The notes under the pieces were generated by a model. It was given only the letters and a program-made list of their open reading frames with translations, did no database searches and had not been told where the DNA came from. 64,000 nt of DNA from Nitrosopumilus sp. (GTDB lineage Archaea; Thermoproteota; Nitrososphaeria; Nitrososphaerales; Nitrosopumilaceae), in NCBI GenBank assembly GCA_965207445.1, contig CBDBLX010000001.1, positions 57,041-121,040 of the forward strand. The letters run 5' to 3'. Below, piece by piece: positions 22,118-32,189 of the stretch (positions within the stretch are counted from its first letter, which is position 1; every line of letters starts with the position of its first letter). The position numbers and the translations under genes were made by a program.

Positions 22118-22498
22118 TTAGGATTTATCATCAGGGCTTTCTTGTTTTTCTTCTGGGAATTCTCCATCATACCTACAGTTAATCTGGTAAATCTCTTCGG
22201 ATACTGTATTTCCACGCATAAGCTTGCGGACACGTTGTCCTTTTTCTGCTGCTTGCAATCCTACACCCTTTGAGAGTAGTACATACTTTCTAGCAGCCCC
22301 GTGTATGTCATTGCGCATAGGCACACCAGATTTATCACTACCACCTGTCAGTATGATCTTGCCAGATAACCCAACTATAGTAGCGTCAGTTTCTGCTCCT
22401 AGTTGAAGTCCTAGTAAGGGAATAGCATCAGAGTCCTTTAGCTCTTTTGAGATCGATTTTCCTTTAGAGTCAGATATGGTCACTTTGAAATTTGCCAT
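22118..22498 (-). CDS. rps6e: 30S ribosomal protein S6e
   Basis: LTGGSDKSGVPM, RKLMRGN. Confidence 0.95.
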   Translation of the reverse strand: MANFKVTISDSKGKSISKELKDSDAIPLLGLQLGAETDATIVGLSGKIILTGGSDKSGVPMRNDIHGAARKYVLLSKGVGLQAAEKGQRVRKLMRGNTVSEEIYQINCRYDGEFPEEKQESPDDKS

Positions 22499-22546
22499 AT
22501 ATATATTGAGAATAGAAAGCTAATAATCCTTTGCTTCAACTGGTTC

Positions 22547-22627
22547 GTAACCGTTCAACCCTTTCCCAAATTTAGGCATAAATTTACCGCCTAACGTCTG
22601 GCGCAGGTACTGGGGTTGAACGGTTAC
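22547..22627. mobile_element. 81-bp IS66-type MITE, copy 2
   Basis: GTAACCGTTCAACCC...GGGGTTGAACGGTTAC; matches 9226-9306; no TSD visible. Confidence 0.85.
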
Positions 22628-22677
22628 AGATATAGCAGAGTCAACATATTTTTAACACATAAAAAAATTACAATATT

Positions 22678-22818
22678 GTGCAGATAGACAAACCAGACGA
22701 CGATGTAATTAAATGCCCCATATGTGACAACATTATGACAAACATGCAAGCCTGTCATTTACATTGTAGTAATTGTGGTGCCCATATGGACTGCTCAGAC
22801 AAGGGAAGTTACTGGTGA
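22678..22818 (+). CDS. small CxxC zinc-finger protein (46 aa, absent from the ORF track)
   Basis: GTG start; ..KCPICDNIM..CHLHCSNCGAHMDCSDKGSYW. Confidence 0.7.
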   Translation: MQIDKPDDDVIKCPICDNIMTNMQACHLHCSNCGAHMDCSDKGSYW

Positions 22819-22992
22819 CTAGAGTCCTGGACGGTCAGGTATGTAGTCAGCTGACATGTTAACTGCCAAGTCCTTCATAATCTCCAAATATTCATCATAC
22901 TCGCGCTCAAATCCACAATGCGGACACGTCACCTTTGTGACATTATCATCCAATATAGCAACACCGCCGCACTCTGGGCATTTTGCATCCAT
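22819..22992 (-). CDS. small zinc-ribbon protein (57 aa, absent from the ORF track)
   Basis: MDAKCPECGG..VTCPHCGF..EYDEYLEIMK. Confidence 0.75.
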   Translation of the reverse strand: MDAKCPECGGVAILDDNVTKVTCPHCGFEREYDEYLEIMKDLAVNMSADYIPDRPGL

Positions 22993-23044
22993 ACATCATA
23001 TTAACACTGAAGATATTTAATCATAAGTAAATAAAACTAGTTAG

Positions 23045-23118
23045 GCGGAGTTAGTTTAGCCCGGTATGACGTCAGCTTCCCAAGCTGAAGGCCGCGGGTT
23101 CGAATCCCGCACTCCGCA
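23045..23118 (+). tRNA. tRNA-Gly (CCC)
   Basis: Acceptor stem GCGGAGT/ACTCCGC, anticodon arm TCAGC-TTCCCAA-GCTGA, T-loop GGTTCGAATCC; CCA not encoded. Confidence 0.95.
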
Positions 23119-24102
23119 TCATGCCAATTCCTTGATTGCTTGTTCTATAACGCCTCTATCTATTGCATTTGGTAGATATTTCAGATACAATTTCAAGTCA
23201 TCACTTGCCTCTTGTCTTTTGTTTAGCTTTTCCATCAAGTATGCACGATTCTTGTATATGCGCGCAGAGCGTTTTTCATTTATTTGAATTGCCTTTGTAT
23301 AAGATGATATGGCTTGCTCAAATTTGTTGCCTTTGAGATAATAGTTGCCAAGGCCATTATGTGCCAAATACGCATTGTCATTTATTTGAATACATTGTTC
23401 ATAATACTTTACACATTCTGGATTATTCTGCTCATTGTATAGAGCCCCCAACATTTGCAGTGCCGTCACGTTTTCAGGGTCCATTTGTAATGCTTCCTGT
23501 AAAGATTTCGTAGCGCTAGGTTTGTCACCTAATATCATGGCGCGTTCTGCATCAAAACACAACCTACACGCAACACTCATCTGTGCAGATATTCTCATAG
23601 GTAGTTGAGATAACGTATCTGATGGTGCCACAATTATCATCAGTCTACCCTCCTCAGACCATTGTACATCAAACGTATCACTTGGTATGGCGCCCTCTTG
23701 CTGCTCACCTTGCGCCGTACCTTGTTGTACATAATGAAACACCATACCTGCATCACTATACCCAGAGACAACAGATGCATGTTGTGTTATTTCTGGATTG
23801 CCAGGAATACCAGGCAAGATAACAATTGGTGGAATGCCAGCATCAACTACAGTTTTCAATCCCTGCATATCGGTGTGCAGCATTACACACGACAGACCGT
23901 GTCGCTCTGCTAACTCGACACCTTCAATTATAATACTGCCATCAAACCCCGGATACCTTTTGGCAGTCTCTACTGCTTCTGATACTGGTAGTGAGACATT
24001 CCAGTACGAGGCCACCACATTAATGGGTAATGGTAATGACACTAGCTCTTCTGTCACTAGTGGTAAAAACAACACATGATCATCATTTTCGTCTGTAGAC
24101 AT
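23119..24102 (-). CDS. TPR-repeat protein with N-terminal peptidase C39-like domain
   Basis: GIPPIV..HASVVSGY segment followed by TPR helices (ALQMLG..Y, AHNGLG..Y, IYKNRA). Confidence 0.75.
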   Translation of the reverse strand: MSTDENDDHVLFLPLVTEELVSLPLPINVVASYWNVSLPVSEAVETAKRYPGFDGSIIIEGVELAERHGLSCVMLHTDMQGLKTVVDAGIPPIVILPGIPGNPEITQHASVVSGYSDAGMVFHYVQQGTAQGEQQEGAIPSDTFDVQWSEEGRLMIIVAPSDTLSQLPMRISAQMSVACRLCFDAERAMILGDKPSATKSLQEALQMDPENVTALQMLGALYNEQNNPECVKYYEQCIQINDNAYLAHNGLGNYYLKGNKFEQAISSYTKAIQINEKRSARIYKNRAYLMEKLNKRQEASDDLKLYLKYLPNAIDRGVIEQAIKELA

Positions 24103-24181
24103 ACAGTATACACAAAAAGTGAGTTATTAAAACATGTTTACTATCAGGATGTCAATACGTGTAATTATCATCATGACACCG

Positions 24182-24291
<110 letters not shown>

Positions 24292-24294
<3 letters not shown>

Positions 24295-24846
24295 CAACTT
24301 ACAAAACCGCTCAATCATAAAGCGGCCATCTCTGCTCATCTCAGGATGAAACTGCATCCCATACACACCATCCCTATTCACATGTTTGATTATCTCGTAT
24401 GCACATGCATCAGACCCCCCCACCACCTCCAACACATTAGGCAATCGACTTATCTCATAACTATGACTCTCATATACACTCACTATACCCTTGTCAACTA
24501 TCGGCAGATCTTTGTAAACACTCACTATATTATGTGTATTTTTTTGCGGCGTATCGGATCGTTTTATGGTGCCACCTAGCGTCAATGCTAGTATCTCTGC
24601 ACCATAGCATATTCCAAGCAATCGTACATCATGATATATCGCATATTTGATAACCTTAGAGTTGACCTTGTTGACCAATCGATCGTTGCGTTTGCGGCCT
24701 GATAACACTATTCCACTATACACAGACAATGTTTCCAAGTCAAGATCAAATGGTTTTATGCGTCTATACACAACATTCAAACAATCCAACAATACTGCAA
24801 GTTCGTCTGTGTAAGATGAGCCGTTATCAACAATTAGTATGGTCAA
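24292..24846 (-). CDS. class I glutamine amidotransferase (GMP synthase A-like)
   Basis: VDNGSSY, GICYG, ESHS, QFHPE. Confidence 0.88.
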
Positions 24847-27758
24847 TTAACTCCGACACCTACTGATACATAGTACACCTCAGGTATCCCATCTTTAATC
24901 AGTATCGTACCAATGTTAATTACCGTGTCACTGTCATCATCCAAATTATTCGCATCCCACACCAACACACGATTAGTCCGCGGCACGATATAATCATCGA
25001 TGAACTCTTCTAGCGCCTCTATGGTCTCTTCTCGGTCCCGATCAGTGTAAAAGAACAGTTCATTGACATTAAATGACAACGGTACTGCCAAAGATGTAGG
25101 TCTTGACACCTCTAGTTCAGCGTCCTCAAACACCTGCAGCACAATATCAATTCTATCTTCTAGCTCTAATTTAACAAAGCCCTCAGTATCATTACCATCA
25201 CCACCACTAACACCAGATGGCTCAACACCAGAAACCTTGCTCAGATACGCCTCAAATGCGTCTTCTTGCGTGTCCCCTAACCCTACAAAATACTCACCAT
25301 TAAACGCAGCACCAACAGCAGCTATAGTTCCCAACTGGGCCACTACACCACCGGCACCTGCAGTATACACAGGTATGAAATACACATCATGCTCACCTAC
25401 ACGATACAAGATATTATCCCCTATTCGGGGTGTTCTCAATAACGTCTTTAGTTGCGCAAACTCTGGGTCTCTATCAAGCGCCTCCTTTACAGCAGTGGGC
25501 CCTATCAGTTTGGTAGTAGAATTAAGCGGTACTTCATAAAACTGTATATTACCCAAACGCGACAGATCATTTTCCACTACGATATATCCTGCTAGATTCC
25601 TGCCTTGTGAGCCCCTCAACTCTAGTGACAACAATCCCAAAAATTCCGTCTGATTAAACCCAGGAGGTTTTGCCTCTACATAATACGTATCTAGTCCTGC
25701 AGGTATCTCATAAAACTGATTTGCTTGGATAAACGTCTCTACATCAGTCACGTGATAAATGTTGTACATTTCAGTCTTCCAATTAAACAACTCTACTGGA
25801 TATCTGATCTGCTCCTCTAGCCATGCAGGCATCGGACTGAACTGATCTGCGTATTGGGCAGCAAACATTTCAGTAAAAAAGTCATCACCGGTCTGTAATA
25901 GTTGTATATTCCCATCATACGAGTCAACTAGCGCATATCCGACTAGCCTAAGATATGGATTGCCAATTGACCACGGTACATTCTGAGTATCAAATCCGAT
26001 AATAAGCGGAATCAACCAATACGAGTTTGTGCCATCTGTAACAGGTAGCGAATCCAATTCTTTTCCAAACAAGTCATACAAAAAGTACGGATACAGCACT
26101 TCCATGCGATGATTAACGTCCTTGTATCTCATAACATGTACTGATTCAGCTGGAAACTGAAGTAAAAAGTTCGGCTCAAATATCCAGCTAAATGGAGGTC
26201 CAACATCCAAGCCACCTACCCCAGAGTACATCGCCTCCCCCAACTCTGCGCTCTCACCAGGACCCCTAGAAGTCGGGTGTCCAGACCACGTTGACTCAAA
26301 TAGTCCACCCTCTCCATAGTATATCTCACGTTGCTGGAAGAACTGATTACTGTCAACTATCTGACCATCAGTTGCCTCCAAAGTCAAAAACCCATCAGGT
26401 ACATGCGTATACACAAGATGCTCATTATACCATCGATTATCAGAACTCACAGATGATGGCAGTATAGGTTTCATCGATGCAGTCCAGTACAAAGTATCAT
26501 CAAATCGCAATATGTCATTGTCCTCAAAGTCAACATACGGTATCAGACCAATCTCTGGCTTTAGTTTTGCAAAGGCGGCCTCCCAATCCCACACGCGTAT
26601 GACATCAAGTACATCTGCATTACTCTTTACATAGCCATCAATGTTATTTGGCGAGACGGGCCGCAACTGTACATCATGGGTCACTTTGTTAATATCATCA
26701 AGCTCACCCAAATATCTATTCACACTAATCTGCTGAGCGGTATAGGGGCCCAAATATTCTATTTTGCGCGCGTCAGCTATTGTATCATTAACTTCTACAA
26801 AGATAAACAGAGCAACACCAATGGCCAAGATGGTCAAAAAGCGTATCCACACATCACGCTTGAACATGTGAGTTAAGACACGCGCGCGTATACGATCTAC
26901 TACAGAAAAAGCAACAAGCGCAAGACCAATTATCAAGACGCCACCAATTTCGTATTTGGTGTTATAATCAATCTGGTTTGTAAAAAACATGTTAAAGCCT
27001 GCCCACAAGACAGCAATTCCAACCAAGCCTTCTATAGTGGATACATAATTCAAATATCGAGGCTTGCCACTATTAGAGTCCTGAACAAAGGATGTTACAA
27101 CATGAATCATCCTATGAACACCCACATACAGTATAAGACGCAACCCAATAGCAGCCAAGATAGGCGGTATCAAAACTACAAGTGCAGGTATCATCGGAAT
27201 TACACTCTCAGTAGCATATATCACATCAGTAGGCGGAGTTACAAATGGCAACGTAAAGAGAATAGGTAGATTCTCAACACCTAACATATTACCGTCTACC
27301 AAAAATGCAACTGCACCAAACCCGAACATTATATTTGCAAAAAATGCACCAAACAGCAACACCTTTGTTATCTGCCATACAACAAACTGCAAAACACTAA
27401 GCTTGTAATCAGCATAACTTTCCAGACTATCAGATATAGGCTCTTGGACTGGAGACGTTCTAGGACCACGTGCCACAAATGCAAATGTGGTCTTTATAGC
27501 ATACCAGAACATCGATGACCTACCTAACATGTTAACGCGCACCAAAGCTATGGCAGCTAGTATGAGCGAGGACACCAAAGTATAATACAAAGGTCTAGTA
27601 AACTCTTCATCAAACTCTGAAAAGTTCATGTAAAGTACCACACCTTGGTTTCCCACCACGATCAGCGTAGCTATTGCAATTGCAGCTACGACTATAAGCC
27701 TCAGATACTTGCTAGTGTCAGCCGGCGGGGTCGGTTTATCAGTAGTTGCGCTATACAA
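24843..27758 (-). CDS. UPF0182-family membrane protein
   Basis: Multiple N-terminal TM helices; HLVYTH, EIYYGE, VDSYDG, IRYP, YHVTD motifs. Confidence 0.85.
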   Translation of the reverse strand: MYSATTDKPTPPADTSKYLRLIVVAAIAIATLIVVGNQGVVLYMNFSEFDEEFTRPLYYTLVSSLILAAIALVRVNMLGRSSMFWYAIKTTFAFVARGPRTSPVQEPISDSLESYADYKLSVLQFVVWQITKVLLFGAFFANIMFGFGAVAFLVDGNMLGVENLPILFTLPFVTPPTDVIYATESVIPMIPALVVLIPPILAAIGLRLILYVGVHRMIHVVTSFVQDSNSGKPRYLNYVSTIEGLVGIAVLWAGFNMFFTNQIDYNTKYEIGGVLIIGLALVAFSVVDRIRARVLTHMFKRDVWIRFLTILAIGVALFIFVEVNDTIADARKIEYLGPYTAQQISVNRYLGELDDINKVTHDVQLRPVSPNNIDGYVKSNADVLDVIRVWDWEAAFAKLKPEIGLIPYVDFEDNDILRFDDTLYWTASMKPILPSSVSSDNRWYNEHLVYTHVPDGFLTLEATDGQIVDSNQFFQQREIYYGEGGLFESTWSGHPTSRGPGESAELGEAMYSGVGGLDVGPPFSWIFEPNFLLQFPAESVHVMRYKDVNHRMEVLYPYFLYDLFGKELDSLPVTDGTNSYWLIPLIIGFDTQNVPWSIGNPYLRLVGYALVDSYDGNIQLLQTGDDFFTEMFAAQYADQFSPMPAWLEEQIRYPVELFNWKTEMYNIYHVTDVETFIQANQFYEIPAGLDTYYVEAKPPGFNQTEFLGLLSLELRGSQGRNLAGYIVVENDLSRLGNIQFYEVPLNSTTKLIGPTAVKEALDRDPEFAQLKTLLRTPRIGDNILYRVGEHDVYFIPVYTAGAGGVVAQLGTIAAVGAAFNGEYFVGLGDTQEDAFEAYLSKVSGVEPSGVSGGDGNDTEGFVKLELEDRIDIVLQVFEDAELEVSRPTSLAVPLSFNVNELFFYTDRDREETIEALEEFIDDYIVPRTNRVLVWDANNLDDDSDTVINIGTILIKDGIPEVYYVSVGVGVN

Positions 27759-27911
27759 AACTGTATATCGTATCTGTTTGTTAAATTAATGTGTTGTTAG
27801 GTTTGGCACAGTAATAAAATGTTCAACTAAAATGTGCACTTGTATGTATGATTTTCAATAAAATAGGCAAAATCACTAAAATTTCACCATACATGGTAAT
27901 TAATCTCAACA

Positions 27912-29063
27912 TTATGGTATATGGGCAAGTCCTTTACATAGTAGATAGGCAGCAGCATATTTTGGTAGAGTAATTTTTTTGTCATGTTTGTATGATCCAA
28001 GTACCGTGTCTCGCAGACGGAACCGAAGTGGACAATCATGCACAACCACATCAACAGTATCACTAGTATCAATCACAGCATCCACATATGGATCAAATGT
28101 ATCTATATCAGAGCAGGTCATCTTTATCATCGAACTCTTGCTGTTTATGGTGTGCGGCATTCTAAATATACGATGCACATCCATCGTAACTCCAGAATCT
28201 ATCTTTATGCCAATATTATTAATGGCATCATTAACCATACCTTGAAATCTAGCATACCTAGAGTCACCATCTAGTTTATCAAATTCTGATAATATGTTGT
28301 TGCGGCCTTTTTTAGAGACAAACACATATTTTGCAAACTTGCCGCGCCAACCACGCTCACCAATATTAGGAATGTATTGCTTTTCAAATTTAGATCTGCT
28401 CACTCCCATAGATTCAGGTAACAGTCCTCTGAGTGTGATATAATCGGCTAGTTCTGTACGCGCACTAGCATCTAGTTTCAAAAAAGGCCCATGTAAAACA
28501 TGTACATGATAACCCTCATTACCAGAAAAATATATTGTAATTACATTTGGCGAGATGCCCAAGTCATCACACAATATGTCAACTAGTAGTTTGATCTGCT
28601 CTTTTGCGCCTGCCATGCATTTTTTGCACGGCAGTGATACTGGTTTTGTGTTGATATTTTCCCCACATGTGTCACATGTAATTTTAGTAGATGCAGCATT
28701 GCACGTATGGCACACATAAAACACATGATTTTTGCGACAGGGCAACTGCAAGTCTTTGGCATCAACATCAAATATCAAGTCAGCGCCCTGCCAGTCTTTT
28801 TCTGTCAATGGCATATTTGGGAATCTGTAATATGCATTAGAGCAGTAGACATCAGATGGCGTGTTGCGCAAAAAGAATATATTCATATTTTTTTTATCAC
28901 GTATTTGGATATGTCGCATCATGCCAATATTTCCAAGCGTTTGGTATCCAAACTCGCGGCGTTGTATGTGTGTAGGGTGGGGTATGTCATCTGTATGATC
29001 ATAGTAGTATTGCTTGAAGAATGATTCAAGAAATTCAATATCAGGCGGATTCAACTTTATCAT
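27912..29063 (-). CDS. priS: DNA primase small (catalytic) subunit
   Basis: RREFG, ADLIFDVD, FSGNEGYH, IDSGVTMDVHRIFRMP. Confidence 0.93.
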   Translation of the reverse strand: MIKLNPPDIEFLESFFKQYYYDHTDDIPHPTHIQRREFGYQTLGNIGMMRHIQIRDKKNMNIFFLRNTPSDVYCSNAYYRFPNMPLTEKDWQGADLIFDVDAKDLQLPCRKNHVFYVCHTCNAASTKITCDTCGENINTKPVSLPCKKCMAGAKEQIKLLVDILCDDLGISPNVITIYFSGNEGYHVHVLHGPFLKLDASARTELADYITLRGLLPESMGVSRSKFEKQYIPNIGERGWRGKFAKYVFVSKKGRNNILSEFDKLDGDSRYARFQGMVNDAINNIGIKIDSGVTMDVHRIFRMPHTINSKSSMIKMTCSDIDTFDPYVDAVIDTSDTVDVVVHDCPLRFRLRDTVLGSYKHDKKITLPKYAAAYLLCKGLAHIP

Positions 29064-30105
29064 CTTTTGTTGTGTTTATCTTTTTTCTGCCAAACTGCAT
29101 AGGTGAAATAATTCCATCACATTGAGGTGTAGCGTGACACAAATTTTGTGTGCGTAGTTTGTCACAAGAAGGACATATGTATTTTGTAGTGGTGCCGAAT
29201 TGACCTGACAAGTGATTTAACTGGTACATGGTGGTTTTTTCATTATAGTCAGGCGCATTTTTAAACAGAGGTGCTATCTGTTGCACCGTCTGATTTCGTC
29301 CAAGTAGAAAAGTCGCCAACATGAATCTACCAGAGTGAGGTAGATTCTCGCCCCGTTCAAGTACAGAGATTGCGTGTTTGATGCATGGTGGGTACTCACC
29401 TGTGTGCTCGTATTTTGGGGTGAGTTGATCAGCGCATGTACTTAGTTTTGAGACTATCTTTTCTAATCCAGGTATCATGTCTGGTGTAGGTGAATTTTTG
29501 ATACGAGATATGATGTATGTTGTGAGTGCGTGACGTATCAGGCGGACTGTCTTATCAGGTGTTAATGCTACGTATCCTTTTACAACTTGCCTGTTTACCA
29601 GTTTCCACTCACGCTCATGAAATACTGCAGAGTGTTTGAGATATTCAGATATGCGTATCAAATAGTAATCATTGCGCTGTGTGATCTCCATACCAAACAT
29701 ATCAATAAAGATGAGGCGTACTAGGTTGTATCGCATGGTGTTATTATGTATGATATTGAGATCATTTTTGAGATGCTCTTCTGCACGTCTAGCTTCACTT
29801 AGCGCAAATCGTTGTATTAGTGTGTGGCGTTTTGTTAGTTTGATGAGTACAATGGCAATCAAAAATGAAAGTATCTCTACATCAAACATTTGATCCTCAG
29901 AAAAGGTGGTCTTGTTATTATGCTCAGATCTGTACACTTTGCCCTGAGTTGCCGTCATTACACGCTCATATGCTGTTTTTACTATAATCTCAAGGGCAGG
30001 GTCAGTACCAAATTGAGATATCTCAAAACCATAATCCTGAAGGTATTTTCCAGCACCAGTCATAAATGGGTATTTTGCCAAATCATCACGACCCAATATT
30101 AGCAT
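29041..30105 (-). CDS. priL: DNA primase large subunit
   Basis: YPPCI, NLPHSGRF, CPSC..C..C Fe-S ligands. Confidence 0.93.
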   Translation of the reverse strand: MLILGRDDLAKYPFMTGAGKYLQDYGFEISQFGTDPALEIIVKTAYERVMTATQGKVYRSEHNNKTTFSEDQMFDVEILSFLIAIVLIKLTKRHTLIQRFALSEARRAEEHLKNDLNIIHNNTMRYNLVRLIFIDMFGMEITQRNDYYLIRISEYLKHSAVFHEREWKLVNRQVVKGYVALTPDKTVRLIRHALTTYIISRIKNSPTPDMIPGLEKIVSKLSTCADQLTPKYEHTGEYPPCIKHAISVLERGENLPHSGRFMLATFLLGRNQTVQQIAPLFKNAPDYNEKTTMYQLNHLSGQFGTTTKYICPSCDKLRTQNLCHATPQCDGIISPMQFGRKKINTTKDDKVESA

Positions 30106-30383
30106 ACTATTGCATCAACAAACACATACATAAAATGCACGACTATATCAGTTGGAGAGGTTGTAATTAGGTATGGTTGTTATTCTTTTTTTTGAGAGTT
30201 CTCATCAAATCATAAAAAGTATTTACAAATCATATTATATTTTAATGATCATTAGATATAATATTCCCAAAGCCTACGATCATGGCAGACTGGTATCTGA
30301 GATGAAATCTGGAATTAACCATAATTCATATGAATATAATTGCACAGATACGCGCTCAGGGCAGCTTGTAAAAAGTTACTATT

Positions 30384-31250
30384 TTACAGAAATTTTTGCC
30401 CAGGCGTATGAGGATAATTTATGGCAACAATCTCCATACTGTCATTTTGTGTTGTATATTGCAGTGATCGTCGCAACGCCACATAATATGTCTCAAATTT
30501 CATATCTGACAGTCCCAAGTCATCAGGGCTGTTTTGTTCTGATATCATGATACGATTATCTCTGCGTGTAGCATCTACAAACTGCAAGAAACTCTCAGTT
30601 GTCGGAACCTCATTGTAATGTGAGTTGGGATTGTTCATGTATGGCGGGTCCAAATACAAAAACGAATTTTTAAGATGTTCAAATTCTTCGAATCTCTTGT
30701 TTGTTATTGTTATGTTTTTTATGCTCTTGCTAATATTGTGCATATGTCCATTTAGCAGATCAGGGCAGCGCGTATTTTTACGCATGGGTACATTAAATCT
30801 GTTTTTTCGATTAAAACGAATCTTACCACTAAACGCATTTTTTGCCAAGTATAGAAATTGTCCTGCGCCCTTTACACCATCAGTTAACGAGTCCTCTGCA
30901 CGTACCGCTAGATAATACTCATGAGATGATCGACTTTTGTGTTTGTTGTATTCATGTATAAGTTGATCAATGTCATCACGCACACATGTCATAAAATTAG
31001 TCAGTACAGGGTTGTTGTCATTATATGTGATATCACTCAAAGGCCCAAAACGAAAAGAACAGTATATGGTAAACGCCCCAGAGCCACCAAACAGGTCATA
31101 GATTTGTTTGCCATATTCATTTGGCATCAAGTCATCAAATATGTGAGTGAAACCAGATTTGTTTCCCACATATGGTAACAGGTGACACTTTTGATTCTTA
31201 TTGTTTCTTACTTCATAGTGTGGTGCCGATAACAATAATAGTACACACAA
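30384..31250 (-). CDS. Dam-like (D12 class) N6-adenine DNA methyltransferase, orphan
   Basis: LPYVGNK, DLFGGSG, FNVP, LYLDPPY; start uncertain. Confidence 0.88.
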   Translation of the reverse strand: MCVLLLLSAPHYEVRNNKNQKCHLLPYVGNKSGFTHIFDDLMPNEYGKQIYDLFGGSGAFTIYCSFRFGPLSDITYNDNNPVLTNFMTCVRDDIDQLIHEYNKHKSRSSHEYYLAVRAEDSLTDGVKGAGQFLYLAKNAFSGKIRFNRKNRFNVPMRKNTRCPDLLNGHMHNISKSIKNITITNKRFEEFEHLKNSFLYLDPPYMNNPNSHYNEVPTTESFLQFVDATRRDNRIMISEQNSPDDLGLSDMKFETYYVALRRSLQYTTQNDSMEIVAINYPHTPGQKFL

Positions 31251-31308
31251 GTTTCCTAATTTGTAATTTTTGATCCGGGTTTAAATTATCATAATAATAC
31301 CAAAAGAT

Positions 31309-32160
31309 ATGCAGATAGGATGCCACGTCTCTATATCAGGCTCACTTGCAAATGCAGTCGATAATGCTACTAGCCGTAATTGTACTGCATTTCAACTATT
31401 CACACACAATCCACGGGGATGGTATGCAAAAGACTTGGATGAACAAACAATAGAATCATTCAAGACAAAACTAGAGCAAAGTGACATTAATAGTAATGCA
31501 GTGTGTGTACATATGCCATATCTGCCTAATTTGGCGTCACCAGATGATGTAAAATTTAAAAGGTCACTGGCATCACTAAAAGATGAAATACGCAGGTGCT
31601 CTTTGCTTGGAATACCATATGTTGTAACACATCTTGGCAGTCATATGGGTACTGGTGAAGAGGCAGGTATAAACAGATTAGAAAAGGGATTAAACGCCGC
31701 TGCAAAAGATACACCTGATGATGTTATGATACTCTTAGAGAATACAGCAGGCCAAAAGAACTCTGTGGGCGCTGATCTGAAACAGTTAGGGGAGATACTT
31801 TGTCGTTGCAAGCCTGCAAAACGATTTGGCGTCTGTTTTGATACATGTCATGCATTTGTAGCAGGGTATGACATGAGAACAAAACAAAAAGTAAATGAGA
31901 CATTTGCAGAGTTTGACAAGCATATAGGACTAGATAGACTACGAATAATTCATCTCAATGATGCCAAAGGTGAGTTAGGCTCCAAGCGCGACAGACACTA
32001 CCACATAGGGTTAGGTGAGATAGGGGAGAGGGGATTGGCAGAGACCATAAAGATTGCAGTTCAAAAAGGCATCCCGTTGATTTTAGAGACCCCAATTGAT
32101 GAGAAGAGAGATGATAGAGGAAACATGGAAAAAGCAAGAGAGTTGTTTGCGACGGTTTAA
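31309..32160 (+). CDS. nfo: endonuclease IV
   Basis: HMPYLPNLAS, LENTAG, CFDTCH, HLND, DRH, ILETP. Confidence 0.95.
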   Translation: MQIGCHVSISGSLANAVDNATSRNCTAFQLFTHNPRGWYAKDLDEQTIESFKTKLEQSDINSNAVCVHMPYLPNLASPDDVKFKRSLASLKDEIRRCSLLGIPYVVTHLGSHMGTGEEAGINRLEKGLNAAAKDTPDDVMILLENTAGQKNSVGADLKQLGEILCRCKPAKRFGVCFDTCHAFVAGYDMRTKQKVNETFAEFDKHIGLDRLRIIHLNDAKGELGSKRDRHYHIGLGEIGERGLAETIKIAVQKGIPLILETPIDEKRDDRGNMEKARELFATV

Positions 32161-32189
32161 TTATAATTGATTTTGTGAGATGATAATAT

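Noticed and set aside
23045..23118. tRNA as an integration site (att)
   Set aside because: No duplicated tRNA 3' end and no integrase seen in the window
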